From positions 130,076,001-130,140,000 of the forward strand of contig OZ024742.1 in NCBI GenBank assembly GCA_964016885.1: a DNA stretch of 64,000 bases, given 5' to 3'. The stretch's first letter is position 1, and each line of letters begins with the position of its first letter. The notes below the pieces were generated by a model, which saw only the letters and a program-made list of their open reading frames with translations, ran no database searches and was not told the origin of the DNA. Positions 38,471 to 52,265 of the stretch are shown here, one piece after another. The DNA is from Eledone cirrhosa (taxonomy: Eukaryota). A program made the translations under genes and the position numbers.

Positions 38471-38558
<88 letters not shown>

Positions 38559-38589
38559 ACCAAAATATACGGTAGTGTCCAATCCGTAT

Positions 38590-38945
38590 GAAGAACTCAA
38601 TGTAATCCAAATATCATGAAAAGAGAAGATGCATTCAAAATTCTTAATTGTGTGATGATTCTATCTAAAAAAAATTTTACTAATGATGCCAATATCTGAC
38701 TTGGAAGGGCATATAAGTCTTATAGAAGGATTAGAGTTAAAGTTAGATTTGTGATCTTTCAGGTTAAAGTGTGGTTTTTTTCAGTGCCAAAGGTTCAGTT
38801 CTGTCTTCAATATTGAGTTTATTTACTATGTTGTATGTTTTGTTGTTGATATTGGTAAGAGCCGCATTATTTGTTTTTTTTATAATTTTTTCTGAGTTCT
38901 TTATAAATGAACTCATTGTAATTATCAATAAATGTAAAATTAGCA
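38590..38945 (-). mobile_element. Penelope-like RT N-terminal fragment, inverted relative to the adjacent GIY-YIG part
   Basis: Minus: KTYNIVNKLNIEDR..TL/KDHKSNFNSNPSIRLICPSKSDIGIISKIFLDRI. Confidence 0.75.
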
Positions 38946-38959
38946 CTTAGTCTATAAAT

Positions 38960-40330
38960 GTAAAATTAGCACTAAGGACTCCACTTATTCATATATAGGA
39001 GCTACATCTAACCAATTTAAAGTAAGATTTAATACCCACAAACATAGTTTTAAAAATGCCGCATTAGCTAATACAAAATCCTTGGCTGAAACAATTAATC
39101 ATTATAGAAAGAAGAATATCGATTACAACCTGATCTGGAGCATGCTCAAAAGGGCCACCCCTTATCAAAATAGCAGATACGAGTGTAGGTTATGTTCCCA
39201 GGAACTTTTTGAAATCATGAAATCTAAGGATATCCTATTAAATAAGCGACAAGAATTAATTATATCTTGCAATCATAGAATTAGAAGAACCTTCAAATAT
39301 TATAAACCTAATTAATATACACCTTACTCTTATATTTTACATATTATTATTAGTTTTTTTAATTTAGTTAACCTATAATTAGTATTTTACTACAGAGAAC
39401 TACATAATTTTATTTCCCTCTTACAGCTCTCTTTTCCTAAAATTAATACCTAAAAGTACACCTATAAATTAATTTAATTTCCTGTTATGTATCTAAATTC
39501 CTAGTAGTTTAAATAAGATTGGTATTTCTCACTACTACCCTTATCCCAACATTTTACTTTCCTTCGTTTTAACAACACTCTTTAATAACATCTAATTCTT
39601 ATTTATCACATTCATATGAATTAATATAAATTTATCCCTATAAGTATACCTATCAATTAATTTAATTTCTTGTTATAGATCTAGGTTCCTTGTGGTTTAA
39701 ATAAGATTGGTATTTCTCACTAATACCCTTACCCTAAAATTTTATTTTCCTCCGTTTTTAACATTATTCTTTAATAACTGTTTCTACTTTTGGCACAAAG
39801 CCATCAATTACCCAGTGCATTACTGGTACTTTATTTTATCGACCCCGTAATGATGAAAGGCAAAATTAACCTTGGAGGGATTTGAACTCAGACTGCAAAG
39901 GGACGTAATTATGCTGGAAAGCATAGCGTCCGACCCTCTACCGATACTGCCAACAAATTTTTGTGTATCCCTCACTGGCTTGACCTTTCTTCATCCCCAA
40001 AGTATTCTTTTCATTCAAAACATAGGTCTGCACTCCTCTACCCCTAAATTAAATTTCTACTACTACTATTCTATCAACTTGACCTCTAACTACTTTTCTA
40101 TTGGTCAATTCAAAACCTGTTCCCAAACAGACCTATTATATTAAATTTTTGTTGGTTTTTTTCAATAAACAAATCTCATCATTTGTGAAGACAGCATATA
40201 TATGTGAAGGTATGTATATTTGAAATATTTTTACATAGATCTATATGATATACATACCAACACAGATATACATCCTGATCGTAAAATGATGAATTTTTTT
40301 AATATAAGGAACTTGTTCTTTGTTTTTATT
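38960..40330 (+). mobile_element. Penelope-like GIY-YIG fragment with 3' region, SINE insertion and degenerate hammerhead
   Basis: YIGATSNQFKVRFNTHKHSF leads into ORF 39082-39315 (CRLC..E..I..LLNKRQEL..CNHR). ~188-bp period duplication at 39460/39648; S1 SINE at 39778-39953; degenerate hammerhead at 40176-40292. Confidence 0.8.
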
Positions 40331-42499
40331 TCATTGTTTTTATTAATTTATATATATATATGCACATATATATAAATAAATATATATATACATATGCACT
40401 TCTTAATATATATATACATATATATTAAGAAGTGCACTAGCAGCCAAAGTGTATGATAAAGATATATCTGTATACATACAGAGTGGGTCACCAAGATTGC
40501 AACAAGGTGTATATAAACATAAATATTTTTAATATGTTGGTATGTAAACATGCCAGAAAATACGAAGTTTCCCTGTAAATTGAAAAAAAATTATAAACTC
40601 CTTTAACCCTTTAGCTTTTACATTAATCTATATTTACTATTATATTTTCACGGTAAAGTCTTTACCTCACGTTATTATCTCACATAATATCAAGTCTATG
40701 ATATTTTGATATTATTTATTATGAAAACAATGCATTAACATTAGTATGAGTGGCTAGTTACAGCCAGTTTGAACAGAAAGAGGTGAGAAAAATCTGGCCG
40801 GATATGGCCGGTTTAAATGCTAAAGGGTTAATTGATTTTCGGAACTAACTTAGCCCTCATCAGAAGTCTTGTATATCATCCAAACAACCACAAGGAAACA
40901 CGGCACCTGGGTTAACTAGGTAAGGCATAAAACTAAAAATGAGATGGACCTCAGTTTTGATGATGACTATTTCAGTTGTTTGATCAATGCTTCAGCCTGC
41001 TCATGAAATAAATGTGTAAAAGGCTTAGCATTCCACAGACATGTGTACCCTTAATGAAGTCCTCAGAGAGATTCAGTGTGATAAAGTGTGTGACAAGTAT
41101 GGTGCTCTGAATTACAAATACAGTCCATCTGATGGACTTCCAAACAGTTTCTGTCTACCCAGTTTCACTCACAAAACATGAGTTGACCTGAAGCAAATGA
41201 CATAATGATTGTGAAGAGAAGCAAACTTCTTAGCCATTTGACCATACTGTGTCCAGAGTACAGGGTAAAGACCCCCTTTAATCCCCTAGAAAGTTCCCAT
41301 CCAAGCCAGAAGCCCGGGTAAGGTGTTTTTGTGGAAGACCAGCAGTCACCCATGCATACCAGTCTCCCCTCTCCACACCACTGATGTTGTCCAAGGCTGA
41401 TACAGCTTGGTACCAGTAAAATCACAACTCATTTCTACAGTTGAGTGAACTGAAGCAACATAAAATAAAGTGTCTTGCTCAAGGACACAAGACATTGCCT
41501 GGCCCAGGAATTGAGCTCACATCCTCACAATTGTCAATCCAACATTCTAACCAAATATATCTAAACACAGTAAAATACATGCAGTTGTTGGACCTCTGTT
41601 GGTCCCGCCAAAAAGTGTTTTATTTGTTTGATCAATGGAATAGCGAGCTCATGAAATTAATGTGTAAGTGGCTAGACATTCCACAAACACGTGTACCCTT
41701 AAGTGTATGACAAGGCTGACTACATGAATTACAGTTACAACTCATTTTTATAAACTGAATGGACTGAAGCAGTGTGAAATATAGTGTCTTGCTCAAGGAC
41801 ACAACACTCCACTGAAAATTGAACTCTTGACCTCGTAATCATGAACCAAACAACGTAACCAGTAAGCAACAGACCTTTACAATACTAGTAGTACATTTGA
41901 ACAGAAGCCCTATGAACTGGTAGCACAATGTCAAATAGTTGTGCCAAGATAATATTATAATAGCCAATATACTACTATAAAACACATGCAAGTAAATGAA
42001 GCTGGCGATGATGTCTGATTGGCACAATCTTTTATAGAACCGATTACCAAAATAAATTTCAAAAAGCATGAAATTACATACGCAAAAGCTAGCGGAAAAA
42101 TACCATCCAAAATAAGCTTTTAATAACAAAAGGAATTTCTGATATTTTCTGTTAACTTTTCAAACTAATTCCTTTAATGAAATGAAATCTTGAGAACATT
42201 TTACTGATTAATTTTTTGTATTATTATTTTTATTATTCAATGTTTTTGTTATGTTTTGGTGGTCTTGTTGTGCTTTTTTTTTTTAATACAATAAGTAGTT
42301 GAAAAGATTGTATTAAAATAGGAAGCAGCCCAATTGAAAATAAAAGGTTGTATGGAATGTCATAATAATGGCTTTAACTTTGCAGAGATGAAAATCAAAA
42401 ATAAGAAATAGAGTGTAAAATAAATATTGATTGCTTCATACTGATACATTGTTTCATCAAATAGAAAGCGGAATCACTATTAAACTTTCAGACAAATGC

Positions 42500-43785
<1,286 letters not shown>

Positions 43786-44137
43786 GTAGAGACCCCCTTT
43801 GGTCATGGATGACCATGGGATTTGTTGCACCTAGAAAGTTCCCCTCCTAGGTACCAGTCTGGGCAAAGTTGTTTGTGAAAGACCAGCAGACAGCCACACA
43901 TACTGGTCTCCCCTCTCCACACCACCAATGTTGTCCAACGGAAAGGCAATGGCTGATACAGCTTGGCAGCAGTAACGTTGCAACTAATTTCTACAGCTGA
44001 ATAAACTGGAGTAACATGAAATAAAGTGTCTTACTCAATGCATCACCCAGTCCAGGAAACAAACTCACAACTTCACGATTACAAGCCCAACACTCTAACC
44101 GCTAAGCCGTGCACCTTCACATATACATCTCTCTTTC

Positions 44138-44177
<40 letters not shown>

Positions 44178-44588
44178 TCACCATCATCATCATCAACGTT
44201 TAACGTCCGTGTTCCACGCTTGCATGGGTTTGGACGGGGGTTTTCCCACTTGAGGCAAGAGTGATTGTCTTGCTCGCATAGGACTGTCTGGCAGGTTTTC
44301 TACAGCTGGATGCCCTTCCTAACACCAACCACATTTACAGTGTGGGTCTGGGAGGTTTTTACCGTGTTGCCTACACGGCCACATTACAGCGTGGACTGTG
44401 TGTTTTTTTTGTCGTGACACCTACACGATCTCATTTGTTTCGGCCTGGATGGTGTGGCACCAACATAACTTTACATAAAAGGGGGCGGTGTGGATGGGGC
44501 GGTGTGGATGGGGTGGTGGGACGGGGGTGTATTTTGTTAAAGATGCCTACTGACTGTAGTAGGTTTTACTATGTATATATATATATAT

Positions 44589-44790
44589 ATAGGAAAAGAG
44601 TCAGGACCCCGACGGCTGAGCTCCGGCCGTTTCAACAGCTATTTCAGAGTTCAGAAATAGTTGTCGAAACGGCTGGAGCTCAGCCGTCGGGGTCCTGACT
44701 CTTTTCCTATTGCCCACTCTACTACCCGTAGTATCAACTACTCTGGTGCATTATGGTCCACCTGGTTCCTTACCACACTTCCTTCGTTAT
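44589..44790 (+). mobile_element. Fold-back remnant containing the 3' half of a hammerhead (family E)
   Basis: Palindrome 44589-44710 (57-bp arms, loop 44646-44653). The right arm reads GTC-GAAA-CGGCTG-GAGCT-CAGCCG-TC^GGGGTCC; (TA)n on both sides. Confidence 0.7.
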
Positions 44791-44978
44791 ATATATAACG
44801 GTTGGTGTTAGGAAGGGCATCCAGCTGTAGAAATCAAGCCAAATCAGTTCCTGTATGAGCAAGGCATGGTCAGCCGACCAGACACTGCCCACAACAGGAC
44901 AACCCGTCTAACCCATGCTAGTGTGGAAGAACGGACGTAAAACGGTGATGATGATGATATATATAAAGAATGAATAAT

Positions 44979-45164
44979 TGTTTCCACTTTTGGCACAAGG
45001 CCATCAATTACTCAGTACATTACTGGTACTTTATTTTATCGACCCCGTAAGGATGAAAGGCAAAGTTAACCTTGGCGGGATTTGAACTCAGACCATAAAG
45101 GGACATAACTATGCTGGAAAGCATGGCGTCCGACCCTCTACCGATACTGCCAATCCACCGCCCT
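44979..45164 (-). mobile_element. S1 SINE with 15-bp TSD, inserted at the end of a Penelope repeat
   Basis: TSD TAAAGAATGAATAAT at 44964-44978 and 45165-45179. Confidence 0.92.
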
Positions 45165-45216
45165 TAAAGAATGAATAATAACAGGTAGATATCATAAAAA
45201 AGTAATTTATTCCGAG

Positions 45217-45344
45217 TGCTTACAAATGTTTCAACAGTAGTCAAGTCATACAGCCTAGTCATGCTATGTGCAATTGATAATTAATAATTATTTGATTGCA
45301 GAAACTCAATTTTCAAATGCTGCAACTACTATTTCCTCAGAGCA
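45217..45344 (-). ncRNA. Type-I hammerhead motif (family F, element-sense copy)
   Basis: Reverse-complement counterpart of 46418-46540 with a small indel in stem II. Confidence 0.72.
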
Positions 45345-46280
45345 AAATAGTTAAAATGTAAATACCCTTGTATTTCTTAAAGGAAGTTTTTGGAGAAAAT
45401 AGAGTAGAAAGGAAGAGAGAAAGAAGAGGAGAGGGAGAGAGAGAGAGAGATGTTGGGGTTGGAGAAGTGGGAGAGAGTGGTTTGAAGAATACAGATAGCT
45501 TAATCAAAATGTTGTGGTAGGGGTTTTATTTTACTGTTTATTCTCAAGGTGACAGCCCTTAGGAATTGTGTTGATGTGGTCAAGATTTGGATTATTTATT
45601 ACCACAGAGAGCTGGTTCATAGATGTGGGGAGGGAGTGTGGTAGACCGAGGGCGAGAGAGAGAGGGGGAAGGGGGAGAGAGAAAAAAGAGAAATAGAGAG
45701 GAGACAGACAAAGGTTACGAGATGGGGGATACATCCAGTTCATAGTTGTAGTCTGCAAATCGCACTCAAGTAGCCATTTATAATGATAAGCAGGGTATTG
45801 GCTTGTAGTGTGGGGGTGAGGGATATAGTTATGAAGTAGTTATTGAGAGGAATTAGTTAGCGAGAAAGCGATGTTGCAGTCTCGGGTTCAAATGTTAAGT
45901 TATTTTATAGTGAGAGAATTTAGCCTTCAGTTTGTGGTTGCAGTATAACGATTGTTCGATTCTGTTATTTAGTAATTTGTTTTTGGATTTTAAGATATAA
46001 AAGAGTTCAAGGTTGCATAATCTGCAGTACTTCAATCCACTTCGATATGCACTAGCGCTGGATAGTATATCCCATTTCAAGGTAAACTGCCGGTTGCATT
46101 CTCGGAGTTGCCAGGTCTTATTGGATGCCAGGTCTTAGGATGCTTAATCGAAAATCGATGACGGTACCAGCGAGATTTAAAGGAGGTAGTAGTAGACCCA
46201 ATGTAATACCATTTCTGGTCGTTTGATTCAACGGTGCATTGATAAACAATGTTGGACTCTAGGCATTTGTTCTTCAATGG

Positions 46281-46335
<55 letters not shown>

Positions 46336-46417
46336 CTTCTTTCTCTCTTCCTTTCTACTCTATCTTCTTCAAAAACTTCCTTTAAGAAATACAAGGGTAT
46401 TTACATTTTAACCATTC

Positions 46418-46540
46418 TGCTCTGAGGAAATAGTAGTCGCAGCATTTGAAAATTGAGTTTCTGCAATCAAATAATTATTAATTATCAATTGCACATAGCA
46501 TGACTAGGCTGTATAACTACTGTTGAAACATTTGTAAGCA
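46418..46540 (+). ncRNA. Type-I hammerhead motif with long stem II (family F)
   Basis: TGCT-CTGAGGA-AATAGTAGT..(~78 nt)..ACTACTGTT-GAAA-CATTTG-TA^AGCA. Confidence 0.75.
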
Positions 46541-46980
46541 CTCGGAATAAATTACCTTTTTATGATGTCTACCTGTTATTATTCATTCTTTATCTACACT
46601 CCGGAATACTGAAGGATCAGAAACTGAATTTTTCCGACTATTCTTCCATAACTCGTTGAGTAACCCCTCACCGTACGTCAACTCTATCTAGTGTAGTAAT
46701 TAACCATTACTGCATTCAGGATAACCCTAAGCATTTCTTGCATAACCTAATATATATATATATGTATATATATATAAGGCCAATTACAACAATGGCACCA
46801 TACAAAGTATGAACGTTTCATTAGCTCTGAGGACCAACTTGCTCAATCTGTGCCAATGAAAATGAACTGGAAAACGTTTTCTCAAACAAGACAATACAGA
46901 AAACTAGAGAGAAGAGCCATAAAACCATAGACACACACATACACACACACTCACGTACACACATACATACATAAATAAAT

Positions 46981-47077
46981 GATGGCTGCCCCCTCGTTAT
47001 CCAGTATGGCCATTGCACAAAAAAAACACAATATAATAACGACAACAATAATACCAACAATAATACCAACAATAATA

Positions 47078-47116
<39 letters not shown>

Positions 47117-48434
47117 TATACATATCTATATATACACACACACATGATAACAATTAACAGTGCTGCGACCGAATGTGGCTTTTTAGCCCACCCAATGATC
47201 TAAAATGTCTTGCACAGAGTTGGCACCCAAAACATTCACTGGGAATAGTCGGCTGTGGTTGGAGTTTGTGTACTTTTGTATGTCGTTTGAGCCCTCCTAC
47301 TGATTTACATTCTCTACCACATGCTTGGCAGGCATGATGAGTAGCATCTCCAACAGCAGCCTGGTAGTCAACCACTAGTCTCACTTTATGACTGCGAAGA
47401 TGACTTTCGAGTCCAGCTTTGCTGAGGCAGAGTCACACACAGACGTAGCATGTCAGCGCCATAGGAGGACCTTCGCTTTCTGGAAATGCAACAGTAATGC
47501 CCTTCCTCACATCCCTCTTTACTTTCTTGTATGCGATTCGAGATGCATCAAAGGCAACTTTCCCCTCATATACAGTCTTTCTCCATTTATTACGATCAGC
47601 GGCAACATTTTCCCATGTATCAGCAGAGATGTTAGCGTCTTTCAAAGAGGCTTTCAACGAATCTTTATATCTCTTTTTTGGTTTATGTGGAGGTCGTTTT
47701 CCTTTAACTAACTCTCCATAAAAGAGTTGATTTGGTATTCTAGAATCCTTCATCCTGGCAAGGTGACCACTCCAATGGAGTCTTTGCTTAAGCACAAGAG
47801 CTTCTATACTGTCACACAGACAGCTTTCCAAAATCTCGACATCACTAATGTGGTCCCTCCAGTGAACGCCATGGATCCGTCTGAGACACATCTGATGGAA
47901 ACGCTCCAATTGTTTAAGGTGGTGTCGATATGTGACCCAGGTTTCGCAGGCATAAAGAAGACAAGAGAGCACACATGCCTTGTACACCTTTACCTTTGTC
48001 TTCTTGCATATGTCTCGCCGACCCCAGAGTCGCCTTTCTAGCTTTCCGAAAGCATCACTTGCTTGACTAATCCTGAATGGAATTTCATTATCAAGGTTGC
48101 TGTATCGATTGACAGTGCTTCCCAAGTAGACAAACTGATCAACCACTCCAAGTCCTTTACCATACACATAGATATTTGGCTCACTGTACTGCTTACCAGG
48201 GGCAAGTTGGTACATGACGACGGTTTGCTTGAGACTGCCAGTCAATCCTAGGGCAGTGCAAGCATCAGAAAATGCATTAAAAATGTGCTGCATATCACTC
48301 TCTGTGTGTGCTACAAGATCGCAATCATCTGCATACAAGAGGTCTCTTATGATTGATGTAAATACTTTTGTTTTTGCAGCAAAGCGCCTGATGTTAAATA
48401 TGCTGCATTAGGTTAGATATCGATGTAAACACCA
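46981..48434 (-). mobile_element. RTE/BovB-type LINE 3' half: RT (YADD), C-terminal C2H2 fingers, 3' end
   Basis: ORF 47433-48338 has YADD, F.YLGS, LLYACETW and W.GHLARM; ORF 47154-47384 has two CxxC..GL..H fingers; terminus GGCCATACTGGATAACGAGGGGGCAGCCATC. Confidence 0.93.
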
Positions 48435-48479
48435 TGCTCGCAATTCCTGAAATCAACATGCATACATACATACATGCAT

Positions 48480-49686
48480 GCATGGTTCACAATGTGTTTG
48501 TTGGGCCTGCCCTAACACCAACGTTTGGAATACTCAATTGGACGATAGACAAAATCCGAGCAATTGATGTTAGGACTCGAAAAATACTAAACAACACCGG
48601 AAACTTCCACATCAACAGTGACATAGACCGCCTCTACTTGAAACGTAAGCAGGAAGGGAGATGCCTAACATCTGTCCAGACAGCATTTGAATGTCACATC
48701 ATCTCCGTCCGACAACATCTACGAACCTCAAAGCGTAGGAGCCCGTCTCTCGAAGAAGTCTATCTGCATGAGACAGATAAGATCATGAGAGTTGGGAAGG
48801 AACTCCTTGAAATATATTTCCTGTGTGATAATCAAAATCTCACACCCAGGGAAGTTGCTCAGCAGTACCACAGTGAATTCATGGATGAGAAACTGCATGC
48901 TTATCAGCAAAAAATCATGCATGGATATGTTGCCAGGAAGCTCCAGAGTGAGAGTAATATAGATAAAAAAAGTAGTCTATCTTGGACCAACAACCGCTAT
49001 ATTGGCTCCCACTTTGAAGGATACGCTTTTGCAATCCAAGAACAGGAAATCAACACAAAATACCTGATTCACGAAAGCAATAGGGATGCAGGCAAAACAT
49101 CTAGGTGTGATAACAAGTGCAGACTCTGCAGAATTAACATCGAAGATGTCACCCATGTCATAAGCAGCTGTCCACAGATATCATCGCGGTACTATCTACC
49201 TATGAGGCATGATGTAGTGGCCAAAAAGATAGCCCCGATAATAAACACATTAAAAGCTACAGCAATGTGGAAGACATACACATACATAATATGAAAGAGT
49301 ACTGGTGGAATGTTCCAGTAAAAACCCCAATAAAATGCAGGCATAACAGACCAGATATTATGATATGGGACAGGGAAAAGAAGGCATGCACAGTAGTGGA
49401 AGTTAGCTGCCCAGCAGATGCCAATATAATATTAAAGATTAGCAAAAAGAAGAATATTTATGCAGAACTTATGAGAAATCTGCAGATACTCCACCCTGAT
49501 TACACCTTCAGATTTATGCCTGTGATTATTGGGGCACTGGGATATGTTAGTAACTGCCTCAATACAAATCTTGAAAAGCTAGGCTTCACAGGAACAGAAA
49601 GAATACAACTAGTTAGGAAATTACAAGTACAATACATTAATGGAACAGTAAAAGTATGTAAAACATTCCAAAAATATTTCATCTAA
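48480..49686 (+). mobile_element. R4/Dong-like non-LTR retrotransposon 3' half with CCHC knuckle and restriction-like endonuclease
   Basis: DIDRLYLKR..GR.L, FAIQEQEINT, CRLC....EDVTHVISSC, RHD; then HNRPDI..VVEVSCP..K..Y and P.IIGALG in a shifted frame; followed by a (CATA)n tract. Confidence 0.9.
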
Positions 49687-50102
49687 TAACTGCATATACA
49701 CATGTACAGATACTAAGCATATACACATGCACACATACAACTCAAAACATACACATCCACACATACACACATGCATACATATCTACCTAGTTGATGTGTA
49801 AATTCCAATGAGAGAGTCTTGTGTCTATGTTAGAAACCGACTCTTTCTCTATTGGTAAATATTTGAGAAATTATAAAACCAGAAGAACATACATACATAC
49901 GTACATACATACGTACATACAACATACGTACATACATACATACATATACATACACACATACATACATACATACATACATACATGCATGCATGCATACATA
50001 CATACATACGTACATACGTACATACATACATACATACATACATACATACATACATACATACATACATACATACATACATACATACATACATACATACATA
50101 CA

Positions 50103-50478
50103 GGATGGCTGCAAACTCTGCTAAGAGTATTGCAATCACATGTCAGATTCAGATGTGTGACACTCGGATATGGCTTTTCAAGCCTGCTAGAGACTTGTAC
50201 ACCTTCGCATATTGACGACAACTATGGATCTACCTGGCCTCAGGTCTTACATCGGGTTGCCTGTGAACCTTCACAATACTGTGGAGGTCATAGTTCACTG
50301 GTTCTCTCTGAACATGGCTGCGACTGTGGCTCTTGAGACCAGATTTGCTTAAGCAAATCTTGCCACACTCAGGACACACCATTTCAATGGAGACACATCT
50401 GTCCTCAAAATAATGGAACCCATCATTCACCATTCCATGCCAAGTTTCTCTTTCAAGGGCTTCTATCTCCCAGTCAAC
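50103..50478 (-). mobile_element. RTE/BovB-type LINE 3' fragment with C2H2 finger
   Basis: WEIEALERETW..CPECGKICLSKSGLKSHSRSH; terminus ..GCAGCCATC. Confidence 0.75.
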
Positions 50479-50511
50479 CACATACATACATACACACACG
50501 CATGCGTGCAT

Positions 50512-50551
<40 letters not shown>

Positions 50552-51515
50552 TATAGTAGAATCCATCTGAATCTGAGAAGAAATGTAAATATGATGCATG
50601 AAATCCCAAAGAAAACATTACATATGAACCACAATATCAGGTGCTGCTCTCTATACCAATCCAGGGCCTTTTCACTCCTGTTGGAGGAACCCCTCACTGG
50701 TTGACCTCCACCACTTTCTGTTTGGTTTTTGTAATGTCAGGGGTGTAGCCATACTCACCACACCTGGCCAATTGTGGGTTGGTGAGGCTATTTAACCTAT
50801 AGTTGGGATAGGTGGCCATTAACTCTGAGGATTTTGTCTGCCCTTTTAACAGCTCTTGTTTTTTTTTTTTGTGTTGCTGGGGTTCCACTTACCCTCCTCA
50901 CCAGGTCAATGTTTGGTGGAGGAGCTGGTTTAGTCACTGACCACTGGACCATGAAGTAGGTTGTGCTAGGTTACATGGTACCAGTAGCAAGCAGAAGCCT
51001 GAACTGACCAATATTTATAAAAAGTCATTTGATAGATTCAGGGATCCTATGCAAAGCAGAAGAGTAAATAATAGTGATGCACAAAATGGCAACAATTGCC
51101 TTTAGATCAACTCAGAAAAACCAGAGCATCAAGTAACTTCCAAACATAATCGAATTAATCGTCATGATCCCAGACCTCATTTGCTTACCATGTGGGGTGG
51201 AACTCATCAAAATGAACCAAGGAAACAATGTTTCCATTGGGTTTTCCATTGCTAATAGTATCTACTGGTCGCAATTCCTGCCAGAAAGAGCAATATGAAA
51301 TAAAGTGTCTTACTCAAGGACATAATGCATTGCCCAGTCCGGGAATTGAACTTGCAACTTCACGATTGCAAATCCGACTCTCTAACCACTAAGTCACTGG
51401 CCTTCACATAATAATCAACCTATGAACATAATCAACCTACAAAAATAGACACTAACTGACACATATTAGCATATTAATTAAGGGACTGGAATCTATACCC
51501 ATCCCAAACTTTCCC

Positions 51516-51562
51516 ATGGACTTCTAATCCAGGGGTCATGGGTTCGAATCCCACCAGGGATG
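51516..51562 (+). pseudogene. 3' two-thirds of a tRNA-Arg(TCT)-like sequence followed by a T5 run
   Basis: TGGA-CTTCTAA-TCCA anticodon arm; GGG-TTCGAAT-CCC T arm; TTTTT at 51571-51575. D arm and 5' acceptor strand are absent. Confidence 0.6.
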
Positions 51563-51573
51563 ATTATCACTTT

Positions 51574-52265
51574 TTACGTGCGGCCTCCAGACCCCACAGT
51601 GGTGCCTGGCTCCATGCTCTGGCCTCCTTCTCCACTGGCATGCAGCTAGACAAGAATAGCCTGCTCATCAGCGTTTCCTTGAGGCTTGGCCTCCTGATCT
51701 GCCAGCCACACCAATGTCGCTGTGGATCCACCGTGGACTCTTTCAGCCTCCACCCGCTTTCCTGTCGCCACAGTGCCAGCCGCCTTCCACGCCATGCTGC
51801 CCTCAACGAGGTCATAAAGCATGGCTTGGACGCTGCAGGCTTCCCTTCCCAGCTCGAGCCGGTGGGGCTGGACCGAGGGGACGGCAAAAGGCCCGATGGC
51901 ATGACCATCTTCTCGTTCCACAGTGGCAAACCCCTCGTCTGGGATGGGATGTCACTTGCACCGACACTTTCTGCAGCCGCAACCTGGTGCAGTCTGCGAC
52001 TGACCCAGTTTCTGTCGGGCTGAGGAGGCCAAACTCTCCAAATACCGGTCGCTCTCCGACAGGTTTGCGGTTGTACCCCTGGCAGTGGAGACTTCTGGTG
52101 TCCTTGGACCTAGGGCTACCTCCCTACTCACCACCATAGGCACTGAGCTGGCCAGCCGCAGGTGTGAGCTCCACGAGTTGGAGTGGCTTTTCCAGCGCAT
52201 CTCCCTTACCATCCTCCAAGGAAATGCCTTCTCCATTCTGTCCGCCAGGGCTGTGGGGAGATAAG
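51574..52265 (+). mobile_element. CRE-clade non-LTR retrotransposon 3' fragment
   Basis: GC-rich; SGAWL..LRLG..C.CG..H.LSC..RH..LN..EP.GL.R.DGKRPDG..LVWD, then frameshifted WDVTCTDT and FQRISL.I..GNA. Confidence 0.85.

Larger units (their letters stand above)
45165..46750 (-). mobile_element. 5'-truncated Penelope-like element with inverted pseudo-LTRs flanking a GIY-YIG remnant
   Basis: 45165-45450 is inverted at ~46300-46591. Minus coding 45895-46283 reads PLKNKCLESNIVYQC..YYIGSTTTSFKSRWYRH../..CRLCNLELFYIL..CNHK. Each arm has a hammerhead. Confidence 0.88.

Noticed and set aside
44589-44710. Pre-miRNA hairpin
   Set aside because: Better explained as an inversion junction of a hammerhead-bearing element within (TA)n; no small-RNA evidence is available.
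46820-46885. CTGAGGA...GAAAACG hammerhead-like spacing
   Set aside because: No convincing stem I or stem II pairing.
47433-49686. Host genes or one intact retroelement from the 301-, 286- and 139-aa ORFs
   Set aside because: They are two unrelated, oppositely oriented, 5'-truncated LINE fragments (RTE and R4-like) with frameshifts.
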